A DNA stretch of 64,000 bases from Gemmatimonadales bacterium (GCA_050181335.1 JBFXDG010000019.1:302-64301), one strand, 5' to 3'; numbered from the stretch's first letter, positions 24,305-34,951 are shown. Notes: generated from the sequence alone by a model not told the origin. Made by a program: numbers and translations.

Positions 24305-24963
24305 GCGTCGTGGGAGGGGAGGTTGGAGGCGTGGCCGGAGCGGCGCTCGTGAGCGCGTTGCTCTCCACCACGAGCGTGGAGCGAATCGGTGTCGAGAACT
24401 TCACGCATTTTCGGCGTCGCGGCACGCCGGTGATCTTCGTGTTCTGGCACGGCAACCTGCTGCCTCTCGTCCACTACCACCGCCACGAGGGCATCGTCGT
24501 GCTCGTGAGCGAGCACGCCGACGGGGAGCGCATCGCGCGCATCTTGATGCGGCGGGGGTTCGCCACGGTGCGTGGATCGAGCACGCGCGGGGGAGCGCGC
24601 GGGCTCCGGGATCTCGTGCGCGCGGCGCGAGCGGGGCGTGACCTCGCCCTCACGCCCGACGGACCGCGAGGTCCGCGCGGCGAGTTCAAGCCCGGTGCGC
24701 TCGCGGCGGCCCGCATCACGGGTCTGCCCGTCATCCCTCTTGCCGTGGCGGCCTCGCCCGCGTGGTCGCTCGGAAGCTGGGACCGATTCCTCGTGCCGAA
24801 GCCGTTCGCGAAGGTGCAGATCCAATACCTTCCGCCGAGGCTCGTCACGCGCGACGCCTCCCGGTCGGAGCTGGAGGCGCTCGCCGCCGGCCTGGGTAGC
24901 GAGCTGAACGCCGCGGGAGCGCGGCTCGCGGGAGAGATGGATCCGCAGGCGGTGTCGGCGTGA
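24301..24963 (+). CDS. DUF374 / LpxJ-like lysophospholipid-acyltransferase-family protein (putative lipid A secondary acyltransferase)
   Basis: '[11 protein letters not shown]...[10 protein letters not shown]...RGSSTRGG...LTPDGPRGP' is the DUF374 pattern. GTGA overlaps with both lpxB and lpxK. Confidence 0.7.
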   Translation: MSVVGGEVGGVAGAALVSALLSTTSVERIGVENFTHFRRRGTPVIFVFWHGNLLPLVHYHRHEGIVVLVSEHADGERIARILMRRGFATVRGSSTRGGARGLRDLVRAARAGRDLALTPDGPRGPRGEFKPGALAAARITGLPVIPLAVAASPAWSLGSWDRFLVPKPFAKVQIQYLPPRLVTRDASRSELEALAAGLGSELNAAGARLAGEMDPQAVSA

Positions 24964-25967
24964 GAGCGGCCGCCGAGCGCCTGGCGCGGCGGTGGTGGGC
25001 CGGTGAGCTGGGAACGGCGGGTCGGGCGCTCTCGGCGCTGAGCGCGCCGGTGTCGTGGGGCTGGTCGGCGCTGCACGCGGCACGGCGCCGGACGACGGTT
25101 CCCGAGCGCGTGCCGGGCCTGCGCGTCGTCTCCGTCGGCAACCTCGCGGTCGGCGGAACGGGCAAGACGCCGATCACGCGATGGGTGGCCGCCGAGCTGC
25201 ATGCGAGCGGCGTCGCGACGTGCGTGCTCGTGGGGAGCCACGCGGCCGACGAGGCCGAGCTGCACCGTCGATGGAACGCGAGCGTGCCCGTGCGCGTGGG
25301 TCGAGATCGCCGTGCGAGCGCCGAGCGGGCGCACGCGGCCGGCGCGCGCGTCGCGGTTCTCGATGATGGATTCCAGCACGTCGCGCTCGCTCGCGATCTG
25401 GACCTCGTCCTGGTATCCGCGGACGATCCGTTTCCGGGCGCCGTGCTCCCTCGCGGCCCTTACCGCGAGCCGGCAGACGCGCTCGCGAGAGCCGATGCGG
25501 TGGTCGTGACGCGGCGGAGCGCGCCGCCCGACCGCGCGCATGCCGTGGCCGACCTCGTCCAGGGCTACTGTGGCGGACGCCCGCCCGGCATGGTGTCGCT
25601 CGAGCCGGGCGCGCTCGTCGGGCCCGACGGAACGCCTTCCGTGGTTCCATGCGACGTGCTCGCCGTCTGCGCGATCGCCCGTCCCGACACGTTCGCCCGC
25701 GCGGTGCAGGGCGCCGTGAGGGGCGAGGTCGAGCTGGCGGCATTCGCCGATCACCATCGGTACGGTCGCGAAGACGTCCGGACCCTCCGTCGGCGGGCGC
25801 GCGGTCGAGCCCTGGTGGTGACCGAGAAGGACGCGGTGAAGCTGGAGCCCTGGATCGAGGAGCTGGGTGGACTCCACGTCCTGCCGGATCGCCTCCGGTG
25901 GGAGCGCGGGGAGAGTGAGGTGCGTGGGCTCCTTCGCCGCACGGTCGTGCAGGCGGACGCCGCATGA
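24960..25967 (+). CDS. lpxK: Tetraacyldisaccharide 4'-kinase
   Basis: P-loop 'VGNLAVGGTGKTP', 'LDDGFQH', 'VTEKDAVKL'. Confidence 0.85.
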   Translation: MRAAAERLARRWWAGELGTAGRALSALSAPVSWGWSALHAARRRTTVPERVPGLRVVSVGNLAVGGTGKTPITRWVAAELHASGVATCVLVGSHAADEAELHRRWNASVPVRVGRDRRASAERAHAAGARVAVLDDGFQHVALARDLDLVLVSADDPFPGAVLPRGPYREPADALARADAVVVTRRSAPPDRAHAVADLVQGYCGGRPPGMVSLEPGALVGPDGTPSVVPCDVLAVCAIARPDTFARAVQGAVRGEVELAAFADHHRYGREDVRTLRRRARGRALVVTEKDAVKLEPWIEELGGLHVLPDRLRWERGESEVRGLLRRTVVQADAA

Positions 25968-26434
25968 AGCTCGGCGTCGTCGTGGTGGGGAAGGTGAAGG
26001 GCGCGCTCGCGGACGCCGTCGCGGACTACGAGGCGCGCGCGCGCCGGTACTGGAAGCTCTCGGTGACCGAGGTGGCCGCCGGAGCGGCGGGCGGTGAGGC
26101 GGCGGCGGAACGCGTCCGCGAAGCCGAAGCGGAGCGCATCCTGGCGCGCATTCCCGCGGGGCTCGACGTGATCGCGCTCACCAGGTTCGGCAAGCCCATG
26201 GGGTCCCGTGAGCTGGCGGCCCACCTGGCGGAGCTGGGCACGAGATCCTCGCCGGGGGTATGCTTCGTGATCGGCGGCGCCTATGGACTGCACGAGAGTG
26301 TGCTCCGTCGCGCCGGGCGAACGCTGTCCCTCTCGGAGCTCACGCTGCCGCACGAGATGGCGCGCCTCGTCCTGGCGGAACAGCTTTACCGTGCCGGTAC
26401 GATCGTCCGCGGTGAGCCCTACCACAAAGGCTGA
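25964..26434 (+). CDS. rlmH: 23S rRNA (pseudouridine1915-N3)-methyltransferase RlmH
   Basis: 156-aa SPOUT protein with 'FVIGGAYGL' and 'LSLSELTLPHEMARLVLAEQLYRA...GEPYHK'. Confidence 0.9.
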   Translation: MKLGVVVVGKVKGALADAVADYEARARRYWKLSVTEVAAGAAGGEAAAERVREAEAERILARIPAGLDVIALTRFGKPMGSRELAAHLAELGTRSSPGVCFVIGGAYGLHESVLRRAGRTLSLSELTLPHEMARLVLAEQLYRAGTIVRGEPYHKG

Positions 26435-28062
26435 TGTCGCCGACACAGGAGAACCGCGTGACCGTCGCTCCCCCCCTGGAGCTCATCGTCAGTCGACCGA
26501 CCGGTGGCCCCCTCACGAGGGCCTATCTCGCCGACGATGCGGCTGCGCGCCCCTTCTTCGGACCGCACTTCGGCAGCGTCGAAGCGTACGTCCTCAAGGC
26601 GCGCGAGGTGGCCGAGCGATTCGACCGCGGCGCGCGCGAGCGCGCGGTCGAGTGCATCACCGTGCCTCCGGGCGCCGATCCGACCCGGCTCGAGCGGTTC
26701 GTGAGCGAAGGCGGGTTCATGGTCACGACGGGGCAGCAGCCGGGCCTCTTCGGCGGTCCGCTCTACAACCTCTGCAAGGCGCTCACGGCCGTCCGCCTCG
26801 CGGAGCTGCTCGAGGAGCGGCTCGCCAGGCCGGTGCTCCCGCTGTTCTGGGTCTCCTCCGAGGACCACGACTGGGCGGAGGCGAGCCAGGCGAGCGTCAT
26901 CGGGCCGGACAACCACGTCCACACCGTGCACGTCGCCCCGCCGCACGACACGCTGGCGCCGTCGCTCCACCGGATCCCGCTCTCGAACGGGTCCGGCGAG
27001 GCGGTGAAGGAGTTCCTCGGCTTTCTGCCCCAGACGGAGTTCAGCGCCGAGTACTTCACGCTGCTCGAGTCGGCGTTCGGCCCGGGCCGCACCATCGCCG
27101 ACGGCTTCCACGCCACCATGCAGCACCTCCTGGGGAGGTTCGGCATCTTCTTCACGGACGGCGCGCATCCTGCGGTCAAGCGTCACTCCGCTCCCATTCT
27201 GTGGGCGGAGCTCGAGCGTGCCGAAGAGATGGAGCGCGTCCTGGCGAGCACGGCGACGGCGCTCGAATCGGCGGGGTTCGATCTCCAGGTGCCGATCCTC
27301 GAGGGCAGCGTGAACCTCTTCCTCGACGGTCCCGCCGGACGCGAGCGGCTCTATCGCCAGAACGGCGGCTATCGCCTACGCGCGTCGGGCGAGCAGCTCA
27401 CGGCCGCCGAGATCCGCCGGCGTGTGGAGGCCGATCCGCAGGCGCTCAGCCCCAACGTGCTCCTTCGGCCGGTGGTCGAGAGCGGGCTCTTCCCGACGCT
27501 CTCGTACGTCGCCGGGCCGGGCGAGATCGCCTACTTCGGGCAGCTGCGCGCTTACTTCGAGGCACACGGCATCGGCATGCCGGTCGTGCACCCGCGTTGG
27601 GCCGCCACGCCCGTGGAGAGCAAGATCCGCAAGGTCCTCGACAAGTTCCACCTCGACGTCGCGGCGCTCGAGCGGCCGTTCCACGAGGTCGCCAGCGACG
27701 TGGCGCGTGAGGAGGTGCCCGACGAGGTGCGTGCGGCGCTGGGTAAGCTGCGCGGCGCGCTCAACGGCGGCCTCGCCGAGCTGAAGCGCGCGGCGACGAC
27801 GGTCGACAAGACGCTGGCCGGTCCGGTGCAGCAGCTCGGCACGCAGACCAACGCCGCGATCGCCGACGTCGAGAAGAAGATCGTCCAGGCCGTGAAGAGA
27901 GAGAGCGAGATCGGGCTCTCCCAGCTCGAGAAGGCCCAGGTCCATCTCTTCCCCCTGGGCAAGCCGGCCGACCGCGTGCAGAGCCCGTTCTACTACCTCA
28001 CCCGCTACGGTGGCACGCTTCTCGATGGCCTGTACGAGCAGTTTCGGGTGAATCTCGGGTGA
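26434..28062 (+). CDS. bshC: Bacillithiol biosynthesis cysteine-adding enzyme BshC
   Basis: Signature 'VTTGQQPGLFGGPLYNLCKA', 'FWVSSEDHD', and C-terminal coiled coil. The ATG shares 1 nt with the rlmH stop (TGATG). Confidence 0.85.
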   Translation: MSPTQENRVTVAPPLELIVSRPTGGPLTRAYLADDAAARPFFGPHFGSVEAYVLKAREVAERFDRGARERAVECITVPPGADPTRLERFVSEGGFMVTTGQQPGLFGGPLYNLCKALTAVRLAELLEERLARPVLPLFWVSSEDHDWAEASQASVIGPDNHVHTVHVAPPHDTLAPSLHRIPLSNGSGEAVKEFLGFLPQTEFSAEYFTLLESAFGPGRTIADGFHATMQHLLGRFGIFFTDGAHPAVKRHSAPILWAELERAEEMERVLASTATALESAGFDLQVPILEGSVNLFLDGPAGRERLYRQNGGYRLRASGEQLTAAEIRRRVEADPQALSPNVLLRPVVESGLFPTLSYVAGPGEIAYFGQLRAYFEAHGIGMPVVHPRWAATPVESKIRKVLDKFHLDVAALERPFHEVASDVAREEVPDEVRAALGKLRGALNGGLAELKRAATTVDKTLAGPVQQLGTQTNAAIADVEKKIVQAVKRESEIGLSQLEKAQVHLFPLGKPADRVQSPFYYLTRYGGTLLDGLYEQFRVNLG

Positions 28063-28097
28063 GCGCGCTGCGTAGGGGCCTCGAGCGGTGCGCGTGG

Positions 28098-28127
28098 TTG
28101 TACGCCGTCGTCCGCGCTCTCTAATAT
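28098..28127 (+). promoter_or_regulatory. Candidate promoter TTGTAC-18 nt-TAATAT placed for a leaderless transcript
   Basis: The -10-like TAATAT ends 6 nt before ATG 28134. There is no well-spaced SD. Confidence 0.3.
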
Positions 28128-28133
28128 CAGGAC

Positions 28134-28415
28134 ATGTTTCTGCAGCTCATCCTCGTCCTCGTCGTGCTGATCCCGCTGCTGGCGATCGTGCTCGATTCGC
28201 AGGTGGGAAGGGCCCTCGCGTCACGACTGGAGCGGAGGGGTCTCGAAGCGCCCGGCGATTCGACCGCCGAGCGGCTCGCATTCCTCGAAGGCGAGGTCGA
28301 GCGCCTGACGGCGGAGATCCAGCGGTTGGACGAAGAGAGCGACTTCGTCCAGAGGCTGCTCGGCCAAAAGGGCGCGGAGGGCGCGGCGCTCCCCCCCGGT
28401 GACCAACGGAGCTGA
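28134..28415 (+). CDS. Small single-pass membrane protein with coiled coil (PspB-like architecture)
   Basis: 'LILVLVVLIPLLAIVL' TM segment followed by 'LAFLEGEVERLTAEIQRLDEE'. High GC3. Overlaps the murJ start by 17 nt. Confidence 0.5.
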   Translation: MFLQLILVLVVLIPLLAIVLDSQVGRALASRLERRGLEAPGDSTAERLAFLEGEVERLTAEIQRLDEESDFVQRLLGQKGAEGAALPPGDQRS

Positions 28416-29973
28416 TCCGGCGACGCCCGCGCCCGCGTCTCCGGCAGCGCGGGTCGGCGCGGGCATCTTCGTCAGCCGGATCTTCGGCTTCATCCGCGAG
28501 CGGTTCGTCGCGCACTACTTCGGCTCGACCGATTTCGCCGACGCCTGGCGAGCGGCGCTCCGCCTTCCGAACGTCGTCCAGAATCTCCTGGGTGAGGGCA
28601 CGCTCTCCGCGGCGCTGATCCCCTCGTACGCCGCGCTCATCGAGCGGGGCGAGACCGAGAAGGCGGGACGGTTCGCCGGTGCCACGCTGGGCCTGCTCGC
28701 GCTGCTGGCGGGCGGGGTCACCCTCGTCGGCGTGCTCGCGGCGCCGGTCCTCGTGAGCGTCTTCTTCCCACGCTGGGATCCCGCGAAGCAGGAGATGACC
28801 ATCACGCTCGTCCGGATCCTCTTTCCGATGACGGGGCTGCTGGTGCTCTCCGCGTGGGCGCTGGGGATCCTGAACAGCCATCGGCGCTTCTTCGTCTCGT
28901 ACGTCGCACCGGTGTTCTGGAACGTCGCGATGATCGCGGCGATGATCGGGGGCGCCGTCTACGTCGGCTCGGAGGAGCCGTCCCGCGATCTGCTGCTCGC
29001 GCTCGCCTGGGGCGCGCTCGTCGGCGGAGGCCTGCAGCTCGGGTTCCAGCTGCCGTTCGTGGCGCAGTACGCACGCGGAGTCCGTCCGTCGCTGGGCAAG
29101 GGCGTCGAAGGCGTGTCCGATGCGGTCAGGAGCTTCTGGCCGGTGGTGATGGCGCGAGGCGTGGTGAACGTGAGCGCCTGGATCGACGTGTTCCTGGCGG
29201 GGCTGCTTCGCACGGGCGCGCTGGCGGTGATCGGCTACGCGCAGACCTTCTACGTCCTGCCGATCTCGCTCTTCGGCATGAGCATCGCGGCGTCGGAGCT
29301 CCCCGAGCTGTCCCGCACGAGCGGCGCCGCGAAGGAGGTCGTCGCGGATCGGGTGCGCCGCGCGCTCCGCCGCGTCACGTACTTCATGGTCCCCTCCGCG
29401 GTCGCGTACGTGGTGCTCGGCGACGTGATCGTCGCCGCGCTCTATCAGACCGGGGCGTTCGGCGAGAGCACCACGCTCGTCACGTGGGCCGTGCTCGGCG
29501 CGTACGCGTTGGGGCTCCCCGCCTCCGGCGCCTCCCGGGTCCTGACGTCGGCCTTCTATGCGCTCAAGGACGCGAGGGCGCCCTCGCGGATCGCGTACGT
29601 GCGCGTGGCGCTGTCGCTCGTCACGGGTCTGGTGCTGATGTGGCCCTTCGATCGCATCGAGGTCGGATCGCTGAGCCTGGGCGCGGTCGGTCTGGCGCTC
29701 GGCGCGTCGGTGGGGGCGTGGGTCGAGTACGCGCTGCTCCGGCGAGGGCTCGGGCAGCAGGTCGGGCCGCACGGGATCGGCAGGAGCGCCGAGAAGATCT
29801 GGCTCGCCGCCGGGGTGGCCGCGGCGGTGGGGTTCGGTTTGCAGCGCGTGCTGCCGCCGGCCCATGCCGCCCTCGTCGCCGTGGAAACGCTGGTCCCGTT
29901 CGGGGTAGTCTATCTCGCCGGCGCCGCCCTGCTCGGGGAGAAGCTCGCCTGGCGCCGTAGCGCCGACGCCTGA
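28399..29973 (+). CDS. murJ: Lipid II flippase MurJ (MviN)
   Basis: 'SRIFGFIRERFVAHYFG', 'FADAW...RLPNVVQNLLGEGTLSAALIP', polytopic membrane protein. Confidence 0.9.
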   Translation: MTNGADPATPAPASPAARVGAGIFVSRIFGFIRERFVAHYFGSTDFADAWRAALRLPNVVQNLLGEGTLSAALIPSYAALIERGETEKAGRFAGATLGLLALLAGGVTLVGVLAAPVLVSVFFPRWDPAKQEMTITLVRILFPMTGLLVLSAWALGILNSHRRFFVSYVAPVFWNVAMIAAMIGGAVYVGSEEPSRDLLLALAWGALVGGGLQLGFQLPFVAQYARGVRPSLGKGVEGVSDAVRSFWPVVMARGVVNVSAWIDVFLAGLLRTGALAVIGYAQTFYVLPISLFGMSIAASELPELSRTSGAAKEVVADRVRRALRRVTYFMVPSAVAYVVLGDVIVAALYQTGAFGESTTLVTWAVLGAYALGLPASGASRVLTSAFYALKDARAPSRIAYVRVALSLVTGLVLMWPFDRIEVGSLSLGAVGLALGASVGAWVEYALLRRGLGQQVGPHGIGRSAEKIWLAAGVAAAVGFGLQRVLPPAHAALVAVETLVPFGVVYLAGAALLGEKLAWRRSADA

Positions 29974-30047
29974 GGATCGCGGCGAAGCGCCCGAGCGCCA
30001 CCACCTGAGCGAGCCTCGGAGCCGGCAGACTCCAACCGTCCCCGTCC

Positions 30048-31874
30048 GTGCCCGTCGATCTCGAACGCCTCTCGAAGCTCGCCACCCGCCCGGGTGTCTA
30101 TCTGCTGCGTGACGCACGCGGCAGCGTGCTGTACGTGGGCAAGGCGAAGTCCCTGCGCGCGCGCGTGCGCAGCTACTTCCAGCCGGGCGCGGAGCTCGGC
30201 GCGAAGAACCGCGAGCTGGTGCGGGTCGTCGACGCGGTCGAGACGATCGTCGTGGGATCCGAGGCCGAGGCGCTGATCCTCGAGGCCAACCTCATCAAGG
30301 AGCACCGACCGCGCTTCAACATCCTGCTGCGCGACGACAAGAAGTATCCGTACATCAAGGTGACGATGAAGGAGCCGTTCCCGCGCGTCTACGTCACGCG
30401 CAGGATCGTCAACGACGGCAGCCGGTACTTCGGGCCTTACAGCTCGGTCGGCCCGATGCGCCAGGCGCTCGAGGTGGTGAAGCGAATGCACTCGGTGCGC
30501 TCCTGCCGCTACGACCTCCCCGGCGAGAGCCCCGCCCGCGCCTGCCTCGACTACCACATCGGCCGCTGCAAGGCGCCGTGCATCGGGCTCCAGACCGAAG
30601 CCGACTACCGCGGGATGATCGAGGAGATCATCCGCGTCCTGGAAGGGGACACCGAGGAGCTTCGCGCGCTCGTGGAGGAGCGCATGCGCGCGGCCGCGGA
30701 GCGTCTGGACTTCGAGCGCGCGGCCGAGCTCCGCGACGTGCTCGGTGGGCTCGACGCGCTCGCGCTCGGTCAGCGCGTGCACCGTACGCAGGGTGGTGAC
30801 TTCGACATCCTGGGACTCGCGCGCGACGGCGATCTGGGTGCGGGGGTGATCCTGCGCGTGCGCCGTGGGCTGCTGCTCGGCAGGGAGTCGCTGCGCTTCG
30901 CGAACATCCTGCACGAGTCGGACGCCGACCTGCTGGGATCGCTCCTGTCGCGACACTACCTCGGAGGCGGCGAGGTCGTCCTGAGCGATCTTCCTCGTCA
31001 GGTCCTCCTCCCGTGGGACGTGGAGGACCGCGAGGTGCTCGGCGAGATCCTCTCGGAGGCCGCAGGGCGTCGGGTCGCCGTCACCGTGCCGCGGCGGGGC
31101 GCGAACCGTGGTCTCCTCGATCTGGCCGAGCAGAACGCCCGCGAGGTCCTGGAGGATCGCGTCACGGCGCTCGCGTATGCAGCCGACCGCGCCGAGGAGG
31201 CGCTCTTCAGCCTGCAGGACGAGCTCGATCTCAAGGTGGTGCCGAGGCTCATGGTGTGCTTCGACGTATCGCACACACAGGGCTCGGAGACCGTGGCGAG
31301 CGCCGTCCTGTTCGAGAACGGGGAGCCGAAGCGCGCAGGGTATCGGCACATGCGCATCAAGGGCGAATGGGGCAACGACGACTACCGCTCGATGCAGGAG
31401 GTCGTGACGCGATACTTCCGCCGCCGTGTGGAGGAAGGGCAGCCGCTGCCGGATCTCGCGGTGATCGACGGCGGGAAGGGGCAGCTCGGGGCGGCCGTGG
31501 CCGCGCTCCAATCGCTCGGGCTCGGTGACGTGGCGGTCATCGCGCTGGCCAAGAGGGAGGAGGAGGTGTTCCTACCCGGGCGGCCCGACCCCGTGCGACT
31601 CGACCGGCGGCACCGGGCCCTCCACGTCCTGCAGCGCCTGCGCGACGAGGCGCACCGGTTCGCCGTGCGATACAACCGCAAGCTGCGCAGCAAGCGGACG
31701 ATCAGGAGCGACCTGGGTGACATCCCCGGGATCGGCCCCACCCGCCAGACGCTCCTCCTGCGTCGCTTCGGCTCCCTGCAGGGGGTGCGGGAGGCGTCGA
31801 GGGAGGAGATCGCGCGGGTGCCGGGGTTCTCCGAGGCGCTCGCGAGCCGCGTCCTGACGTACCTGGGAAGGTGA
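30048..31874 (+). CDS. uvrC: Excinuclease ABC subunit C
   Basis: GIY-YIG 'PGVYLLRDARGSVLYVGKAKSLRARV', UVR 'FERAAELRD', and C-terminal (HhH)2 'IPGIGPTRQTLLLRRFGS'. Confidence 0.95.
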   Translation: MPVDLERLSKLATRPGVYLLRDARGSVLYVGKAKSLRARVRSYFQPGAELGAKNRELVRVVDAVETIVVGSEAEALILEANLIKEHRPRFNILLRDDKKYPYIKVTMKEPFPRVYVTRRIVNDGSRYFGPYSSVGPMRQALEVVKRMHSVRSCRYDLPGESPARACLDYHIGRCKAPCIGLQTEADYRGMIEEIIRVLEGDTEELRALVEERMRAAAERLDFERAAELRDVLGGLDALALGQRVHRTQGGDFDILGLARDGDLGAGVILRVRRGLLLGRESLRFANILHESDADLLGSLLSRHYLGGGEVVLSDLPRQVLLPWDVEDREVLGEILSEAAGRRVAVTVPRRGANRGLLDLAEQNAREVLEDRVTALAYAADRAEEALFSLQDELDLKVVPRLMVCFDVSHTQGSETVASAVLFENGEPKRAGYRHMRIKGEWGNDDYRSMQEVVTRYFRRRVEEGQPLPDLAVIDGGKGQLGAAVAALQSLGLGDVAVIALAKREEEVFLPGRPDPVRLDRRHRALHVLQRLRDEAHRFAVRYNRKLRSKRTIRSDLGDIPGIGPTRQTLLLRRFGSLQGVREASREEIARVPGFSEALASRVLTYLGR

Positions 31875-31951
31875 AGCGCGGCGTATGAGCTTCGGCGGTC
31901 CCGCGCCGATCGCTAGCTTCTCTCGACCCGACGACCCCTCTCCCGCGCCTC

Positions 31952-33382
31952 GTGACGATTCGCACCCGATTCGCTCCCAGCCCCACCGGTCGCCTCCACG
32001 TAGGCAACGTGCGGGCCGCCGCCTTCAACTGGCTGCTCGCGCGGCAGGGGGGCGGCCAGTTCATCCTCCGCATCGAGGACACGGACGTGGGCCGCAACGT
32101 CGAAGGCGGCGAGTCCGGCATCCTCGAGGATCTGCGTTGGCTGGGCCTCGACTGGGACGAGGGACCGGACATCGGAGGCCCGCACGCCCCCTATCGACAG
32201 AGCGAGCGCGGCGCGTCGTACACGCGCGCCGTGGAGCGGCTCGTCGGCGCCGCCAAGGCGTACCCGTGCTTCTGCTCGGAGGAGGATCTCGACGAGCAGA
32301 CGGAGGAGTTCGGCGAGGGCCGAACCGCGCTCCGCTACTCGGGGCGGTGCCGGCGGCTCGAGCCGGCGGAGCGGACCCGGCGCGTCGCTGCGGGTGAGCC
32401 GCACGTCGTGCGCTTCGCGGTTCCGGAGGGTCTCCAGAGCGTGGACATCGCGGACGAGATCTTCGGCCGGATCTCGTTTCCGACGAGCGACATCGACGAC
32501 TTCGTGCTTCGGCGCACCGACGGGCGCGTCACCTACAACTTCGGCGTGGTCGTCGACGACATCGAGATGGAGATCACGCACGTCGTGCGTGGTGTCGGGC
32601 ATCTCTCCAACACGCCCAAACAGGCGCTCCTCTTCGACGCGCTCGAGGTGCCGCGACCGGTGTTCGCGCACCTGCCGACCGTCCTCGGACCGGACGGCAA
32701 GAAGCTGTCGAAGCGGCTCGGCGCCACGGGTGTCGCCGAGCTTCGGTCCGCGGGCTATCCGCCGGACGCCGTGCTGAACTACCTGTCGCTCCTCGGCTGG
32801 TCGCATCCGGAGGAGAAGGAGGTGCTCACACGGCGGGAGCTGATCGCTTCGATCGGGCTCGATCGCGTCGGCAAGAGCGACACGCAGATCGATCTCGAGA
32901 AGCTGCGCTGGGTCTCGGCCCAGCATCTGGCGACGGAAACCCTCGCGGAGCTCACCGAGCACGTGAGGCCCTTCGTCGATCTCGCTCGCTTCCCGCGCGC
33001 CGGCGACAACCTGCCCGCTGTGGTGGAGACGCTCAGGACGCGACTGTCGACCTACGGCGACGTGAACGAGCACCTGGGGCTGCTCTATCCGCCCGAGACG
33101 GAGTCCGCGGAGAAGCGACGGGCATTGGGCGCGGATCCGGCCGTGCGGCCGGTGCTCGAGGCGGTCCGCGCGCGCCTCACGGCGCAGGAGGAATGGGAAG
33201 CCGTGGCGCTCGATCAGGCGGTCCGCGCCGCGGGAGCGGACGCGGGCGTGAAGGGGGCGGCGCTCTTCCACCCGGTGCGTGTCCTCCTCATCGGCACCGA
33301 AAAGGGACCCGACCTGGGCAAGATCCTTGCAGCGATCGGGCCCGACGAGGCCGATCGTAGGCTGCGGCAAGCCCTCGGATGA
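31952..33382 (+). CDS. gltX: Glutamate--tRNA ligase
   Basis: 'RFAPSPTGRLHVGNVR' and 'KLSKR' class I motifs. Confidence 0.95.
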   Translation: MTIRTRFAPSPTGRLHVGNVRAAAFNWLLARQGGGQFILRIEDTDVGRNVEGGESGILEDLRWLGLDWDEGPDIGGPHAPYRQSERGASYTRAVERLVGAAKAYPCFCSEEDLDEQTEEFGEGRTALRYSGRCRRLEPAERTRRVAAGEPHVVRFAVPEGLQSVDIADEIFGRISFPTSDIDDFVLRRTDGRVTYNFGVVVDDIEMEITHVVRGVGHLSNTPKQALLFDALEVPRPVFAHLPTVLGPDGKKLSKRLGATGVAELRSAGYPPDAVLNYLSLLGWSHPEEKEVLTRRELIASIGLDRVGKSDTQIDLEKLRWVSAQHLATETLAELTEHVRPFVDLARFPRAGDNLPAVVETLRTRLSTYGDVNEHLGLLYPPETESAEKRRALGADPAVRPVLEAVRARLTAQEEWEAVALDQAVRAAGADAGVKGAALFHPVRVLLIGTEKGPDLGKILAAIGPDEADRRLRQALG

Positions 33383-33496
33383 GACCCTCGCAGGCCGCGA
33401 GGGGTAGACAGGGCGGGCCTTGGCGGGGTTTTCGAGGGCCTTTACGTTACCCGGTCTTGGCCGTCAGCCGGACCGTTTCGATAGGGAGGTAACCGC

Positions 33497-34951
33497 ATGA
33501 AGATGCGTGGCGTATTCGCTCTCACCATGGCGCTGCTCGTTGCGATCGGCGGCTGCGCCTCCGGCGGTGGCGGTGGCGGCGGCGGTGGTGGTGGAACCAC
33601 CACGGCGGCAGGTCCGACCGGAAGCGGAGCGAACCTGCTGACGCAGGGTGCCCGGCCCCGTGAGACCGACAACACGGACGCCGCGGAGGAAGCGCTCGAG
33701 GCCGCCCAAGAGGCCGCCGAGGCGCAGAACACGGCGGTCGCGCAGCAGCAGTATCAGGCTGCCATGACGGCCGCGCAGGCCGCGATCACCGAAGACCCGT
33801 CGAACCCGCTGGCCTATCGGTTGGCAGGCGTCGCCGCGCTCGGGCTCGAAGACTACGAGCAGGCCGCCCAGAATCTCGACCGCGCGGTCGAGCTGCGGCC
33901 CGTGTACGACCTCGAGATCGCTCCGCTGCGCGAGAACGCGTACATCGATCTGTACAGCGAGGCGATCCCGCTCCTCCAGTCTCAGCAGTACCTGGACGCG
34001 GCCGAGGTGCTGGAAAGCGCCAACACGATCTTCCCGCTGCGCGCCGAGGCGATGATCACCCTCGCGCAGATCTACGCGCAGGAACGGCAGCACGACCAGG
34101 CGATCGAGAAGATCGACCAGGCGCGCGAGTTCCTCGAGTCGCCCCGCATGGAGGAGGTCGATTCGGCCACGGCGGCGCAGTGGCGCGAGGACGGCTCGAA
34201 CCTCCTGCTGATGCGCGGCCAGGTGCTCGCCGACGCGGGTCGCTTCGAGGAAGCGGTCGCGACGTATCGCGAGCTCGCTGCCGAGGACCCGAGCAACATC
34301 TCCGTGCAGCAGGACATCGCGGCGATCCTCATGACCATGGGTCGTGAGGACGAAGCCATGCAGGAGTACGAGAGGCTGATGGCTCGCCCCGGTCTCTCGG
34401 CGGGTGACTACTACCGTATCGGCGTCGGCTTCTACAACAACGAAGACTACGAGCGGGCCGCGCAGGCGTTCGAGCGTGCGGCGCAGAACAGCCCGCGTGA
34501 CCGTGACGCGCTCGAGATGTGGGCGCGCTCGCTGACGCTCGATTCCGCCTATACCGCGGTCGCACCCGTGGCCGAGCGGTGGATCGAGCTCGATCCGTCG
34601 AGCCAGATCGCGCTGTCCGTGTACGCCCAGGCGACGAACAGCGCCGGCGATCCTCAGCGTGCCGCGGAGATCATGCGGCGGGCCGAGGAGCTCTTCGTGA
34701 CCGTCGACGACCTCGAGATGCGCCGCGGTGGCAACACGGCCATCGTGAACGGCTCGGTGGCGAACCGGACGCTCGATCCGGGCGGTCGCGTCACTTTGAC
34801 GTTCACCTTCTACAACACGGCCGGACAAGCGCTCGGAACGGCGACGCACCAGGCGACGTTGGGTGCGGTCGGGGAGAAGCAGGTGTTCCAGGTCGAGTAC
34901 ACGGCCGCGCAGCCGGTGGCCGGATACAGTTACACGGTCGCGAGAGGCTGA
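33497..34951 (+). CDS. TPR-repeat lipoprotein with poly-Gly tether
   Basis: Lipobox 'LVAIGGC' followed by an 11-residue poly-Gly run (GGGGGGGGGGG). Repeated TPR-like helices. GGGAGG SD upstream. Confidence 0.8.
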   Translation: MKMRGVFALTMALLVAIGGCASGGGGGGGGGGGTTTAAGPTGSGANLLTQGARPRETDNTDAAEEALEAAQEAAEAQNTAVAQQQYQAAMTAAQAAITEDPSNPLAYRLAGVAALGLEDYEQAAQNLDRAVELRPVYDLEIAPLRENAYIDLYSEAIPLLQSQQYLDAAEVLESANTIFPLRAEAMITLAQIYAQERQHDQAIEKIDQAREFLESPRMEEVDSATAAQWREDGSNLLLMRGQVLADAGRFEEAVATYRELAAEDPSNISVQQDIAAILMTMGREDEAMQEYERLMARPGLSAGDYYRIGVGFYNNEDYERAAQAFERAAQNSPRDRDALEMWARSLTLDSAYTAVAPVAERWIELDPSSQIALSVYAQATNSAGDPQRAAEIMRRAEELFVTVDDLEMRRGGNTAIVNGSVANRTLDPGGRVTLTFTFYNTAGQALGTATHQATLGAVGEKQVFQVEYTAAQPVAGYSYTVARG

